This document shows, one piece after another, positions 1-9,674 of a stretch of 64,000 bases of DNA. Position 1 is the stretch's first letter. Each line of letters begins with the position of its first letter. The notes beneath the pieces are model-generated. The model saw only the letters and a program-made list of their open reading frames with translations. It made no database searches and was not told the origin of the DNA. The position numbers and the translations under genes are program-made. Source of the stretch: Planctomycetota bacterium (GTDB lineage Bacteria > Planctomycetota > JAJSAM01 > JAJVHW01). Where the stretch lies: the NCBI GenBank assembly GCA_024280885.1, contig JAJRPF010000048.1, positions 95,868 through 159,867 of the forward strand, read 5' to 3'.

Positions 1-417
1 GAGGGCTACATGCTCCGCAGTGAGTTGGGCAAACGCGGACTGACCGTGATCGCCGGGCCGTTGCCGAGTGTCACGTCGGGGAGTGGTCCCGACGCCACGG
101 AGACGGCTCTTCGCAACGCGCGCATCCTGCGCGACGCGGGCTGTCGCGTCGTTCTGACGGCCGGCGTCGGCGGCGGCCGCTGGCTGCGCGAGCAGGGCAT
201 GTTCGCGACGCGTTACGGATTTTCGCGCGACGAGGCGTTGGCGGCTCTGACCAGCATTCCCGCAGATCTCTGCGGATTGAAGGATCGCGGGCGGATCACC
301 GAGGGCGCGGCGGCCGACGTGGTTCTCTGGAGCGGCCATCCGATGCTGCCGACGTCGCGCATCTTGCTCGTGGTGGTGGATGGGCACGTCGTCCTCGATC
401 GGACGGCACCGGGGTGA
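1..417 (+). CDS. Amidohydrolase-family protein, C-terminal part (truncated by window start)
   Basis: C-terminal amidohydrolase signature EALAALTSIPADLCGLKDRGRITEGAAADVVLWSGHP...VVVDG; stop overlaps the GTG at 414. Confidence 0.8.
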   Translation, partial: EGYMLRSELGKRGLTVIAGPLPSVTSGSGPDATETALRNARILRDAGCRVVLTAGVGGGRWLREQGMFATRYGFSRDEALAALTSIPADLCGLKDRGRITEGAAADVVLWSGHPMLPTSRILLVVVDGHVVLDRTAPG

Positions 418-431
418 TTGGGAGTAACTCG

Positions 432-1694
432 ATGAAGACGTTGCGTTTTCCGTGGGTGGTCCTCGCGCTCGCCGCAGTCGCGGTGATCACCGTTGCGCCG
501 ACTGCGTCGCGCGCGGCCGATGGCGAGTATGTCATTCAGGCCGGGACGGTCGTCACGATCGACGGCGACATCCTGACCGAAGGCGGCTCGGTCTTCGTCA
601 GCGGGGGCCGCATCGAGGACGTGCAGCCCGGCTACGTCAATCCGTGGGGTGCGACCGTGCAGAAGCACGAGACCGCTTGGCTCATGCCGGGACTTGTCGA
701 AGCGCACAGCCAGGGCGGGCTGTGGCGCGGCACGAACGAGCGCGCGCCGGATACTCCGTTCGTCTCTGTCCTCGACGGCCTCGATCCTCTGAACGACTAC
801 TTCACCGATCTGCTTCGCGACGGCGTCACGACGGTGTTCGTTGTGCCGGGCGATCAGACTCTTCTCGGTGGTCAAGGCATGGTGATCAAGCCGGTCGGGC
901 GCACAGCGGAAGAGATGATCGTGCGTCGCGACGCCGGTCTGAAGATCGCGCTCGCACCCCGTCGTGGAACGAGTCGCATGGCGCAGCTTGCAGAACTGCG
1001 GCGCGCGCTGACGTTGGCGCGCGGGGCGGAGGCACTGGAGGTTACGTCGGACCCCGATGACCCCGCGCGCAGTGCACGGCAGGTTGCGATGTCGGCGCTG
1101 CTCGAGGGACGTCTCCCGGCGGTCATGACCTGCGTGGCGCCGGTCGATGTCGTGAATGCGTTTGCGATCATGGATGAGTTCGGCCTCACGGGTTTCATCC
1201 GGCTGGGCAGCAAGAGCCGACGCGCGTTGCCGCTCCTCGCTGAGCGCGGCGTGCCCTGCATCCTGCCGGACGACATCGAGCCGCTCGAGACCGACGCCGA
1301 GACGGGGAAGTCCGAGCGGCGCTACCTGGCGGCGGAGTGCAAGGCGGCGGGCGTGCCCGTCGTGATCCAGGCGAACGAAGCATCGGGCTACGGGATGCGC
1401 TCACTCTGGTATCAGGCGGCCGTCGCGGTCTCCCAGGGACTCACGCGCGCCGAGGCGCTGCGCGCGGTGTCGCTTGCGCCAGCGCGTGTGCTCGGTGTCG
1501 AGGACCGTGTCGGATCGATCACGAAGGGCAAGGACGCCAATCTGGTCCTCTGGTCCGGCGATCCACTCGACCCCGCGTCGCATGTTGATCTGGCGTGGAT
1601 CGAGGGCGACGCCGTCTACGACCGCACGAAGGACCGCAAGCTCGTGCGTCTGCTCGACGGCGTCGCCGGTAGTCGTCCGGCGGAGGGCCGCTGA
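432..1694 (+). CDS. Secreted amidohydrolase-family protein, degenerate metal site
   Basis: Signal peptide MKTLRFPWVVLALAAVAV..ASRA; PGLVEAHSQ (HxH reduced to HxQ), GVTT, VGSITKGKDANLVLWSGDP; GGGAG RBS before ATG 432 (alternative GTG 414). Confidence 0.85.
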   Translation: MKTLRFPWVVLALAAVAVITVAPTASRAADGEYVIQAGTVVTIDGDILTEGGSVFVSGGRIEDVQPGYVNPWGATVQKHETAWLMPGLVEAHSQGGLWRGTNERAPDTPFVSVLDGLDPLNDYFTDLLRDGVTTVFVVPGDQTLLGGQGMVIKPVGRTAEEMIVRRDAGLKIALAPRRGTSRMAQLAELRRALTLARGAEALEVTSDPDDPARSARQVAMSALLEGRLPAVMTCVAPVDVVNAFAIMDEFGLTGFIRLGSKSRRALPLLAERGVPCILPDDIEPLETDAETGKSERRYLAAECKAAGVPVVIQANEASGYGMRSLWYQAAVAVSQGLTRAEALRAVSLAPARVLGVEDRVGSITKGKDANLVLWSGDPLDPASHVDLAWIEGDAVYDRTKDRKLVRLLDGVAGSRPAEGR

Positions 1695-4369
1695 TGCGAG
1701 GTCTGGCAGCCACACGGCTCCGATTGTCTGGGCCGAGAACGCCGCGTCGCATGACCAGCCGACTCGCGTTCGCGCTGGTCGGGATGGCCACGGCGTTGGC
1801 AGTCGGATCCCCGACACTGCGCGCGGCTGACGAGGGCTCGCTCTATGTGACCGCCGGAACAGTCCACACCGGCGCGGGCGAGACGTTCCGACCGGGCGCG
1901 GTCTCTATCGTTGACGGCCGCATCGTCGCCGTGGGCAGCCCGGATAGTGTCGCGCCGCCCGCGGGCGCGCAGCGCATCGAGGCGGGGCCCGGCGCGGTGG
2001 TCATCCCCGGATTGGTCGCCGCATGGACGCAGCATGTCTCGGCGGATGGCACCGATCCGGCGAGTTTGGCTCCCGATGTTCGCGCGGTCGACGGCTATGA
2101 CTTCACCGTCGATGAAGCGCCGCTACTCGCGGGCGGTGTCACGACCGTCGTCGTCTCGCCTGGTGTGACGCAGGTTGTGCCGGGGCGCGCGGCGGTCGTG
2201 AAGACCGCGGGCGCCTCGCGTAAGACGCGTCTCCTTCTCGCCGAGGCCGGTTTGGCCGTCGGCATCGGCGACGGCGTGCAGAAACCTCTGCCTCTCATGG
2301 ACCCGCCTGATGCGCCGGATGCCGCGCTCAACCCGATCCTGCCGCATCGAAGTCAATTGCCGGTGACGCGTGCGGGTTCCATTCTGCTGCTGCGCGAATT
2401 GCTCGGTAGCGCGTCGGACGGCTATGTCGCCGATGTCGCTGCCGGGCGCGTGCCACTCTTCGTCGCCGCTTCGTCTGCTGGCGACATCGAAGCGGCACTC
2501 GCCTTCGCGGGCGAGACGGGCGTGAAGGCGACGCTCGTCGGGGCGCTCGAAGCTGGAACGATGCGGAGCGAGATTGCCGCCGCTGGCGTGCCAGTCGTGC
2601 TCGCCTGGCCCGGTCGCCCCGGACGCGTCACGGCGTCGACGAGTGCCGAGGTCGAAGCGGTGAGGGCGCGCGCGCGCTCGAACGCGGCAGTGCTCGCACG
2701 GGCCGGTGTTCCGTTCGCGTTGACGGTCGCTTCCGACGCGGATCTGCCGCACCTGCTCTTCGTCGTCGCGTCCGCTGCGCGCGAGGGACTGGACGCGACG
2801 GCAGCGCTCGCGTCGGTCACGTCGTCGGCTGCGCGCATCGCCGGAGTTGCGGATCGCGTCGGCGAGTTGGCGGCCGGCCGCGATGGCGATCTCGTCATCC
2901 TCACGGGCGAGCCCACCGATCTGCGCGCGGTCCCCATCACCACAGTCGTCGACGGTCGCGTGGTCTGGGAACACAAGCGCGGGACGACCACGGTGATCGT
3001 TCGCGCAGCCGAGGTTCACGTCGGTGACGGCACGGTACTCTCGCCTGGCGAGGTCGCGTTCGAGGGCGATCGCATCGTCGAGGTCGGCCACACCGTCGGC
3101 GTTCCGCCGGGAGCGCGCGTGATCGATCTGGGCCGTGGCGCCGTGATGCCCGGAATGATCGACGCGTACTCGCACGCCGGGTTGGCCGGTCCCGGCGGCA
3201 GCGTCGCGACGGATCTCACGACGGCGATGAGCGCGTCGAAGGCCGTGGACCCAAAGGACGCCTCGTTCGCGCTTCTCTCGGCCGAGGGCATCACGACGAT
3301 CCTCGCCGTGCCGGGTGGCAATGGTCGTGTCAACGGCCGCGCCTCGGTCGTGAAGACGGCGGGCGAATGGCCGGGCCGCCGCGTGGTGCTCGTCGATGCC
3401 GGGATGGTGATGCGACTGACGGGCGAAAGAGATCTGAAGAGCGCCAAGGGCCAGCTCACGAGTGCGCTCAAGAAGGCGCGCGGTTACCGCTCCGCGTTCG
3501 AGAAGTACGAGAAGGACAAGAAGGCGTACGACGAGTGGAAGAAGAAGCACGACGCCGAGGTCGCGAAGAAGGCCGCTGAGGACAAGAAGAAGGCTGAGGT
3601 AGCGAAGAAGGCGGCCGAGGCGAAGAAGAAGGCGGAAGCGGACAAGAAGGACGACGAGAAGAAGGACGGGGAGAAGAGCGTCGGCGCGCCGGACGAAGAG
3701 AAGAAGGACGGCAAGGACGAAGCCAAAAAGCCGGCGGTGAAGTCGGAGAAGAAGGCGGAGAAGAAGCCCGCGAAGAAGGAAGCGGACAAGGAAGAGCCGC
3801 GCAAGCCGAAGATTGACGAGGCGATGGAGGGCTGGGCCGCGGTACTTGACGGCAAGGCGCCGATCCTGGTTCGCGCGCGCACGGTCGAGGAGATCCGCGC
3901 AGCGCTCGACACGCTTGGCAAGGAGAAGATCGGCAAGGATGCGATCCGGATCATCGTGGTCGGCGCCGACGACGCGCGCCGCATGCGCTCGGCCCTCACG
4001 AAGGCGAGCGCCGGCGTGATCGCGAGCCCGAGCGTGCTCGTGCGCGACCGCGATGGCGACGTCAACTTGTTGCGCGATCTCTCCCTCTCTCGTCTGTCGT
4101 CAGCGGTCGGCAGCGACTCGTATCTCGGTGGCCATGAACTTCACGACCTGCTTGCGTTCGCCGTGCGCACGGGGCTCTCGCCCTCGGCGGCCGTGAAGCT
4201 CGTCACCGGCGACGCGGCGGCGCTGCTTGGTGTCGCGGATCGCGTCGGGACTCTCGCGCCCGGCAAGGACGCAGACATCGTGCTGCTGAGTGCGCCGCCC
4301 TTCGCTCCGGGTTCGAACGTCGTTTCCGTCTACGTGAGTGGCGAGGAGGTGCGACGTGATCCTCGTTAG
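1694..4369 (+). CDS. Secreted double-domain amidohydrolase-family protein with Lys/Glu-rich insertion
   Basis: Two amidohydrolase repeats (PGLVAAWTQH...GRDGDLVIL; PGMIDAYSH...GKDADIVLL); K/E/A low-complexity stretch ~3490-3810; TGATG coupling to upstream gene. Confidence 0.85.
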   Translation: MRGLAATRLRLSGPRTPRRMTSRLAFALVGMATALAVGSPTLRAADEGSLYVTAGTVHTGAGETFRPGAVSIVDGRIVAVGSPDSVAPPAGAQRIEAGPGAVVIPGLVAAWTQHVSADGTDPASLAPDVRAVDGYDFTVDEAPLLAGGVTTVVVSPGVTQVVPGRAAVVKTAGASRKTRLLLAEAGLAVGIGDGVQKPLPLMDPPDAPDAALNPILPHRSQLPVTRAGSILLLRELLGSASDGYVADVAAGRVPLFVAASSAGDIEAALAFAGETGVKATLVGALEAGTMRSEIAAAGVPVVLAWPGRPGRVTASTSAEVEAVRARARSNAAVLARAGVPFALTVASDADLPHLLFVVASAAREGLDATAALASVTSSAARIAGVADRVGELAAGRDGDLVILTGEPTDLRAVPITTVVDGRVVWEHKRGTTTVIVRAAEVHVGDGTVLSPGEVAFEGDRIVEVGHTVGVPPGARVIDLGRGAVMPGMIDAYSHAGLAGPGGSVATDLTTAMSASKAVDPKDASFALLSAEGITTILAVPGGNGRVNGRASVVKTAGEWPGRRVVLVDAGMVMRLTGERDLKSAKGQLTSALKKARGYRSAFEKYEKDKKAYDEWKKKHDAEVAKKAAEDKKKAEVAKKAAEAKKKAEADKKDDEKKDGEKSVGAPDEEKKDGKDEAKKPAVKSEKKAEKKPAKKEADKEEPRKPKIDEAMEGWAAVLDGKAPILVRARTVEEIRAALDTLGKEKIGKDAIRIIVVGADDARRMRSALTKASAGVIASPSVLVRDRDGDVNLLRDLSLSRLSSAVGSDSYLGGHELHDLLAFAVRTGLSPSAAVKLVTGDAAALLGVADRVGTLAPGKDADIVLLSAPPFAPGSNVVSVYVSGEEVRRDPR

Positions 4370-5636
4370 TCGTTTCGCGGGATTTGTCGCCGCGGCGCTC
4401 GCGCTCACTGCGCTCGGGGCCCTGGCGCTGCAGCCTGGGTTCGCCCGCCCGGCCGAGGACGCCGACGCGTTGATCCCCGGGCGCATGGCTATCCGCGCTG
4501 GGCGTGTCATCCCGGTCGTCGGGGCGCCGATCGACGACGGCGTCGTTCTCATTCGCGACGGAAAGATCGAGGCGGTCGGTCCCGCGTCCAAGATCAGCAT
4601 CCCGCAGGGCTACGAACTCCGGCACTATCCGCGCGGGTTCGTGACGCCTGGCTGGGTCGAGTTACACGCGCATGTCGCGGGCACCGACTTGAACGACATG
4701 GTCTACCCGACGAACCCGGAGCTGCGGAACCTCGACAACATCGTTCCAGACAATCGTCAGCTGCGCGCGGCGCGCGCAGGCGGTGTCACGACGATGCTCT
4801 TCATCCCTGGTTCAGGGACGAATATCTCGGGCTTTGGCACGCTGGTGAAGACGGCTGGCGCGACGGTCGAAGAGATGACCATTCGCTTCCCGGGCGCCAT
4901 GAAAGTCGCGCAGCTCGGCAATCCCGAACGCCGCGTGGGCGACGTGGGTGCGACCACGATGGGGATGAATCATCTCATCCGCGCGCGCATGCAGGAGGCC
5001 AAGCGTTATGCCGCGACGTGGCAGCGCTGGGAGCAGGAACAAACCGGCGAACCACCGCAGCGCGACGAGCGTCTCGAGAACTTCCGCGGCCTCTTCGCGC
5101 ATGAGTTCCCCGTCATCGTGCACACGGTCTGGGTGAACGGCATCGAGGCGACGAAGCGCCTCCTGCACGACGAGCTGGGGCTGGACGTCATCCTCACGCA
5201 CGCGACATTTGACGCGTACAAGGCGGCGGATGTGATCGCGGAGGCCGGGATGGCCGTCAACATCGGGCCGCGCTTGATTCACTACGAACCGGAGAGTCGC
5301 CGCGTCCTCGGCATCCCGCAGCTCTGGAAGGCAGCGGGCTGCGACAACCTCTCGCTCTGCACCGATTGCCCTGTGATCCCCGCCGAGGAACTGACGACGC
5401 AGGCATCCATGGCCGTCCGCTTCGGTCTCGACGAGACGGTTGCGCTGGAGGCGATCTCGATCGTGCCGGCGCGCCAGGTCGGGATGGGTGATCGACTGGG
5501 GTCGCTTGAGCCGGGTAAGGACGCAGACATCGTGGTGCGCGACGGTCCGCCGTTGGACATCCGCTCCGCCGTTCTCTTGACGATCGTCAACGGCAAGAAC
5601 GTCTACGATGTGAAGATCGACCGGAGGCTCTTCTGA
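4356..5636 (+). CDS. Secreted metal-dependent amidohydrolase, apparently catalytically intact
   Basis: GAGGAGG RBS then GTG 4356; signal peptide; ELHAH, MKVA (Lys), VHTV, THAT and TDCP give all expected ligands; GSLEPGKDADIVV. Confidence 0.88.
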   Translation: MILVSRFAGFVAAALALTALGALALQPGFARPAEDADALIPGRMAIRAGRVIPVVGAPIDDGVVLIRDGKIEAVGPASKISIPQGYELRHYPRGFVTPGWVELHAHVAGTDLNDMVYPTNPELRNLDNIVPDNRQLRAARAGGVTTMLFIPGSGTNISGFGTLVKTAGATVEEMTIRFPGAMKVAQLGNPERRVGDVGATTMGMNHLIRARMQEAKRYAATWQRWEQEQTGEPPQRDERLENFRGLFAHEFPVIVHTVWVNGIEATKRLLHDELGLDVILTHATFDAYKAADVIAEAGMAVNIGPRLIHYEPESRRVLGIPQLWKAAGCDNLSLCTDCPVIPAEELTTQASMAVRFGLDETVALEAISIVPARQVGMGDRLGSLEPGKDADIVVRDGPPLDIRSAVLLTIVNGKNVYDVKIDRRLF

Positions 5637-6883
5637 TGCGCGGGAGGCTTCTCTGCGGGCTGCTCTCGCTTGCCTTCTTCGCGAGTGCAGCGATCGCCGA
5701 CGAGGCCCTTCCGTCCGGCGACTTCGCGCTGACGGGCTGCCGTGTGATCCCTGGTGAAGGCGACGTCATCGAGGATGCTGCGGTCGTCGTGAAGGACGGC
5801 ATGATCGTCACCGTGGGCAAGCGTGCCGACGTGGAGCTTCCGCGCGGAGTGCAGGTCGTGGACGCCGTGGGGAAGGTCCTGACACCGGCCTTCGTTCACG
5901 CGGGGACGCGACTCGGATTACGCGGCAGCGGTGGCGGCGGTTCCACGACGATCGATCCTGTGAAGACCGTCATCGACGAGTTGAACCCGTGGCTCGACGG
6001 CAATCGCTGGTCGGCGTCCAACGGCTTCGGGACGCTGGGGCTGATTCCCGGAACCGGCATGATCGGCGGCGTTGGTGCAGCGGTGCGTTCCGCGGCCGAT
6101 GATGTCGAGTCGATGGTGCGCCGCGAGAAGACGCTTCTGCGCGTCGATGTCACTCCGGGTGCGCGCTTCATCAGTACGCTCGCGGGGCAGCTCTCGATCG
6201 CGCGCAAGGACCTCGACAAGCACGCGAAATGGAAGCGTGATCACGCGAAGTGGGAGACCGACAAGAAGAAGGCTGAGGCGGAGAAGGAGAAGCTCCCCAA
6301 GGAGCCGAAGGAGCCGACGCTCTCCGAGAGCCGGGCCGCATATCACGCCGTGCTGCGCGGCGAGATGGCGCTCTATTGCCGTGTCAGTTCGTCGGCCGAC
6401 GTGACGTCACTCGCCGAGGCGCTGGCCGACGAGCGCGTGCGCGGCGACGACCTGCGGCTCTATTGCCTCGTTGTTGGCAGTGCGTATCGCGGCGCCGACG
6501 AGCTGCTCGACCTCGGTGCGACGTGCGTTGTCAGCGCGGCGATGACATCGTGGCCCGGCACGAATCAGACGATCTGCCCCGCTGTCTACCTGCGCAACGC
6601 AGGGCTGCCGGTCGTTCTCATTCCGCGCTCGGACACGCGCGCCGGACTGCTCAACTACACATTGGATATCGCGAGCGTCGTCGAGGCCGGCTTCCCCGTC
6701 GACGAGGTGTGGCCGGCCGTGACTTCCGGCCCGGCCGATCTACTCGGTGTCGGAGACGTCGCCGGTCGCATCGCGAAGGACCACCACGCGGACCTCGTGC
6801 TTTGGGACGGCGATCCGTTGCTTCCGACGACGCGTATCGAGCGTGTCTGGATCGCGGGCGAACCCGTGGAGGACGCACGATGA
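5636..6883 (+). CDS. Secreted amidohydrolase-family protein, degenerate metal site
   Basis: Signal peptide; PAFVHAGTRLG in place of PGxIDxHxH; GRIAKDHHADLVLWDGDP; TGATG coupling. Confidence 0.85.
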   Translation: MRGRLLCGLLSLAFFASAAIADEALPSGDFALTGCRVIPGEGDVIEDAAVVVKDGMIVTVGKRADVELPRGVQVVDAVGKVLTPAFVHAGTRLGLRGSGGGGSTTIDPVKTVIDELNPWLDGNRWSASNGFGTLGLIPGTGMIGGVGAAVRSAADDVESMVRREKTLLRVDVTPGARFISTLAGQLSIARKDLDKHAKWKRDHAKWETDKKKAEAEKEKLPKEPKEPTLSESRAAYHAVLRGEMALYCRVSSSADVTSLAEALADERVRGDDLRLYCLVVGSAYRGADELLDLGATCVVSAAMTSWPGTNQTICPAVYLRNAGLPVVLIPRSDTRAGLLNYTLDIASVVEAGFPVDEVWPAVTSGPADLLGVGDVAGRIAKDHHADLVLWDGDPLLPTTRIERVWIAGEPVEDAR

Positions 6884-8136
6884 GGCGCCGCTCGTTCCTG
6901 ATTGTCGCGTTGGTCGCCATGCTGTCCGCCCTAATCGTCGGCGCCCCGATGGCGTCGCGCGCACAGGAGAGTGGCAAACGTCGACCGAGTGGCGAGCGTG
7001 TGCTGGCGATCGTCGGCGGCGACGTCTACGTCGGCAACGGTGTCGTCTATCGCAGGGGCACCGTGCTCTGTCGCGGGGGCAAGATCGAGGCAGTCGGCCC
7101 CGCGCTGATCGTGCCCGAGGGAGCGCGCGTCATCGACGCCACCGGCCAGCGCGTGCTCCCCGGCTTCGTCGCGCCGAGGGGCGGCAACTTCGGCGTGCGG
7201 CGCGGACGACCTCGCGGCGGCGAGAAATTCGGCGATTGTCTCGATGCCGACGGTATGACCGCGGAACTCGCGCTCGCGTCAGGCATCACCACGTACTACG
7301 CCGCCGGCCGTTCGCGCGCGATCTCCTTTGACCAGACCGCGATCATCAAGCCCGCGCACCGGGCGCCGGAACTGATGATGGTGAAGGAGCCGGCCGCCCT
7401 CGAACTCGGATGGGCAACGGCGAGCATTTCGGATCGCGGGTCACTGCGCACCAAACTCGACGCGGCACGAAAGTGGATCGTGGCGGGCAAGAAGGGGCGC
7501 GCCCCCGCGACGTCGAGCACCATCGCGGCCCTCTCGCGCGACATCCCGGTGCGCATTCGCGCCCAGACTCGCGCCCAGATTCTCGACGCCATCGCGCTCG
7601 CCAAGGCCTACGACTTCCGGCTCGTTCTCGATGACGCACACGAGGCGTGGACCGTTGCGGCGGAAGTTGCTGCGTCGGGAGCAATCGTCGTTGTCCAGCC
7701 GCGCACCCGTCGCTGGCCCTCGACCGGCGCCGAGGACTCGTCGGGATCGACGATCGAGTGCGCAGCGATCCTTGAGAAGGCCGGTGCCCGCTTCTGCGTC
7801 CTGCCGCCCGGCGGCTTCGGCGGCCGCGGCGAGGGCATTGCACTCGGTGGGATCGTCGGTCGCGACATGCTGACGTATCCGCTCGAGGCCGCCTTTGCGA
7901 TCCGCGGTGGAGCCAGTGTCGATGCCGCTCTGCGCGCCATCACGTTGACCGCGGCCGAGGCGCTCGGCATCGAGCATCGCGTCGGCTCGCTCGAACGCGG
8001 GAAGGACGCTGACATCGTGATCTATCCCGGAGACCCGTTCGACTATCGGGTCATGCCGGAGACGACGATCGTGTCGGGACGCGTGCTCTACGAGCGCACG
8101 AAGAGCACGCTCTTCGGCCATCTGCCACCGCGCTGA
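6880..8136 (+). CDS. Secreted amidohydrolase-family protein, degenerate metal site
   Basis: ATGA overlap; MRRRSFLIVALVAML signal (twin-Arg-like); PGFVAPRGG lacks HxH; GITT; VGSLERGKDADIVIYPGDP. Confidence 0.85.
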   Translation: MRRRSFLIVALVAMLSALIVGAPMASRAQESGKRRPSGERVLAIVGGDVYVGNGVVYRRGTVLCRGGKIEAVGPALIVPEGARVIDATGQRVLPGFVAPRGGNFGVRRGRPRGGEKFGDCLDADGMTAELALASGITTYYAAGRSRAISFDQTAIIKPAHRAPELMMVKEPAALELGWATASISDRGSLRTKLDAARKWIVAGKKGRAPATSSTIAALSRDIPVRIRAQTRAQILDAIALAKAYDFRLVLDDAHEAWTVAAEVAASGAIVVVQPRTRRWPSTGAEDSSGSTIECAAILEKAGARFCVLPPGGFGGRGEGIALGGIVGRDMLTYPLEAAFAIRGGASVDAALRAITLTAAEALGIEHRVGSLERGKDADIVIYPGDPFDYRVMPETTIVSGRVLYERTKSTLFGHLPPR

Positions 8137-8177
8137 TATGGGCGATCACGTGCGCCCGACGACTGCGCCGAACGCCC

Positions 8178-9305
8178 ATGAGTGACGATCGCCTGGACCT
8201 CGTCTCGACGTGGGTCCGTGTTCTCTCACTGCGCACGCGTCTGCTGCGCTGGTACGACCAGGAGAAGCGCGAGTTGCCGTGGCGCACGACGCGCGATCCG
8301 TACCACGTGCTCGTGAGCGAGTTGATGTTGCAGCAGACGCGTGTGGACGTCGTCCTGCCCTATTTCGAACGCTGGATCGTGCGCTGGCCGACCGTCGGCG
8401 ACCTCGCACAGGCGGACGAGGACGAGGTTCTCGCGGCATGGTCCGGGCTCGGCTACTACCGGCGTGCGCGTTCGCTCTTGGCCGTCGCGCAGGCGGTCGT
8501 CGCCGATCACGGCGGGCAGATCCCCGCGGATCCGGCGGCGTTGCGCGAGTTGCCCGGCATTGGTCCCTACACCGCGGCGGCGATCGCATCGATCGCGTTC
8601 GACGTTCCCGTGGCGGTCGTCGACGGCAACGTCGAGCGCGTGCTCTGCCGACTGCTCGCGGATACACGCGATCCGTCGGCCGCCCGCAGGCGAACGGTCG
8701 AGGAGGCGGCGCGGCGCCTGATGACGGGCATGTCGGACGACGATCCGGACGCCGTGCCGCCGCCCGATGGGTTGCGCCCTGCCGACTGGAATCAGGCGCT
8801 GATGGAACTCGGCGCGCTGGTCTGTGTGCCGCGCGAACCGAAGTGTCCGCTTTGTGCGTGGCAGCGCTCGTGCATCGGTTTCCGCTCCGGTCTCGCCGCC
8901 GAGTTGCCGCGCAAGAAAGCGAAGAAGCCCACGCGTGAGGTTGCGCTGCGCATGGCCGTCGTACGGCGCGGCGACGCGTTCCTGCTCGTGCAACGCGCCG
9001 AGCGTTCGTTGCTCTCCGGAATGTGGGAGTTGCCGACCACCGACGAGGGCGGAACCGTTGCAGACCTGCGCGCGGTCGTGGCCGGATTGATCGACGTGTC
9101 GGTCGATCTGTCGCGCGAGCCCGTCCGCACGTTCCGGCACACCATCACGGATCGTCGGATCACGGTCGAAGTCCATACTGCGGTGATCGCTGCGGCGGGC
9201 GATGCGGTCGCCGAGGAACGTCCCGGCATTGCGTGGACCACACGCAGCGACCTGCGCGATTTCGGCGTCTCGTCGATGACCCGCAAGGCGCTGGCGCGTC
9301 CGTAG
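8178..9305 (+). CDS. mutY: A/G-specific adenine glycosylase
   Basis: RELPWR..DPYHVLVSELMLQQT, WSGLGYYRRAR, HhH LPGIGPYTA, VDGNVERV, 4Fe-4S C-x6-C-x2-C-x5-C, C-terminal NUDIX-like domain. Confidence 0.96.
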   Translation: MSDDRLDLVSTWVRVLSLRTRLLRWYDQEKRELPWRTTRDPYHVLVSELMLQQTRVDVVLPYFERWIVRWPTVGDLAQADEDEVLAAWSGLGYYRRARSLLAVAQAVVADHGGQIPADPAALRELPGIGPYTAAAIASIAFDVPVAVVDGNVERVLCRLLADTRDPSAARRRTVEEAARRLMTGMSDDDPDAVPPPDGLRPADWNQALMELGALVCVPREPKCPLCAWQRSCIGFRSGLAAELPRKKAKKPTREVALRMAVVRRGDAFLLVQRAERSLLSGMWELPTTDEGGTVADLRAVVAGLIDVSVDLSREPVRTFRHTITDRRITVEVHTAVIAAAGDAVAEERPGIAWTTRSDLRDFGVSSMTRKALARP

Positions 9306-9358
9306 TTCCGCGCTGGGGAGGTTCGCGAGACTGCGCGCGGCATCCCGTGTGATCCTGG

Positions 9359-9628
9359 TCAGTCCGACGCCTCGCGCCGCTTTCGCCGCCAGAGTCGCGC
9401 TGCGAGCGAGGCGGGGAAGACATTCACGTGGCCGAGTACGAAAATTGGCACGAGCACGATGATGAGCAACGTACCGCCCGGTCGCTCGTGTAGACGTTCG
9501 CGGAGCCACCACGCTAGGCCGAGCGCTTCCACCCCAGCGAGAGCCCAGAAGACGCGCCAGAAGAGGACTCTGTCACCGCGCACGCCCACGCGTTCGGCCT
9601 TCGCGTTTGCTGACTTCGGCGGTCGCAC
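9359..9628 (-). CDS. Small membrane protein (2 predicted TM segments)
   Basis: 89-aa ORF with two hydrophobic stretches; TAGAGT box 6 nt upstream of GTG. Confidence 0.55.
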   Translation of the reverse strand: MRPPKSANAKAERVGVRGDRVLFWRVFWALAGVEALGLAWWLRERLHERPGGTLLIIVLVPIFVLGHVNVFPASLAARLWRRKRREASD

Positions 9629-9674
9629 GGGCGCACTCTACCGCGCTGGATTGTCGATCGCCTGCGCGCTTGGT

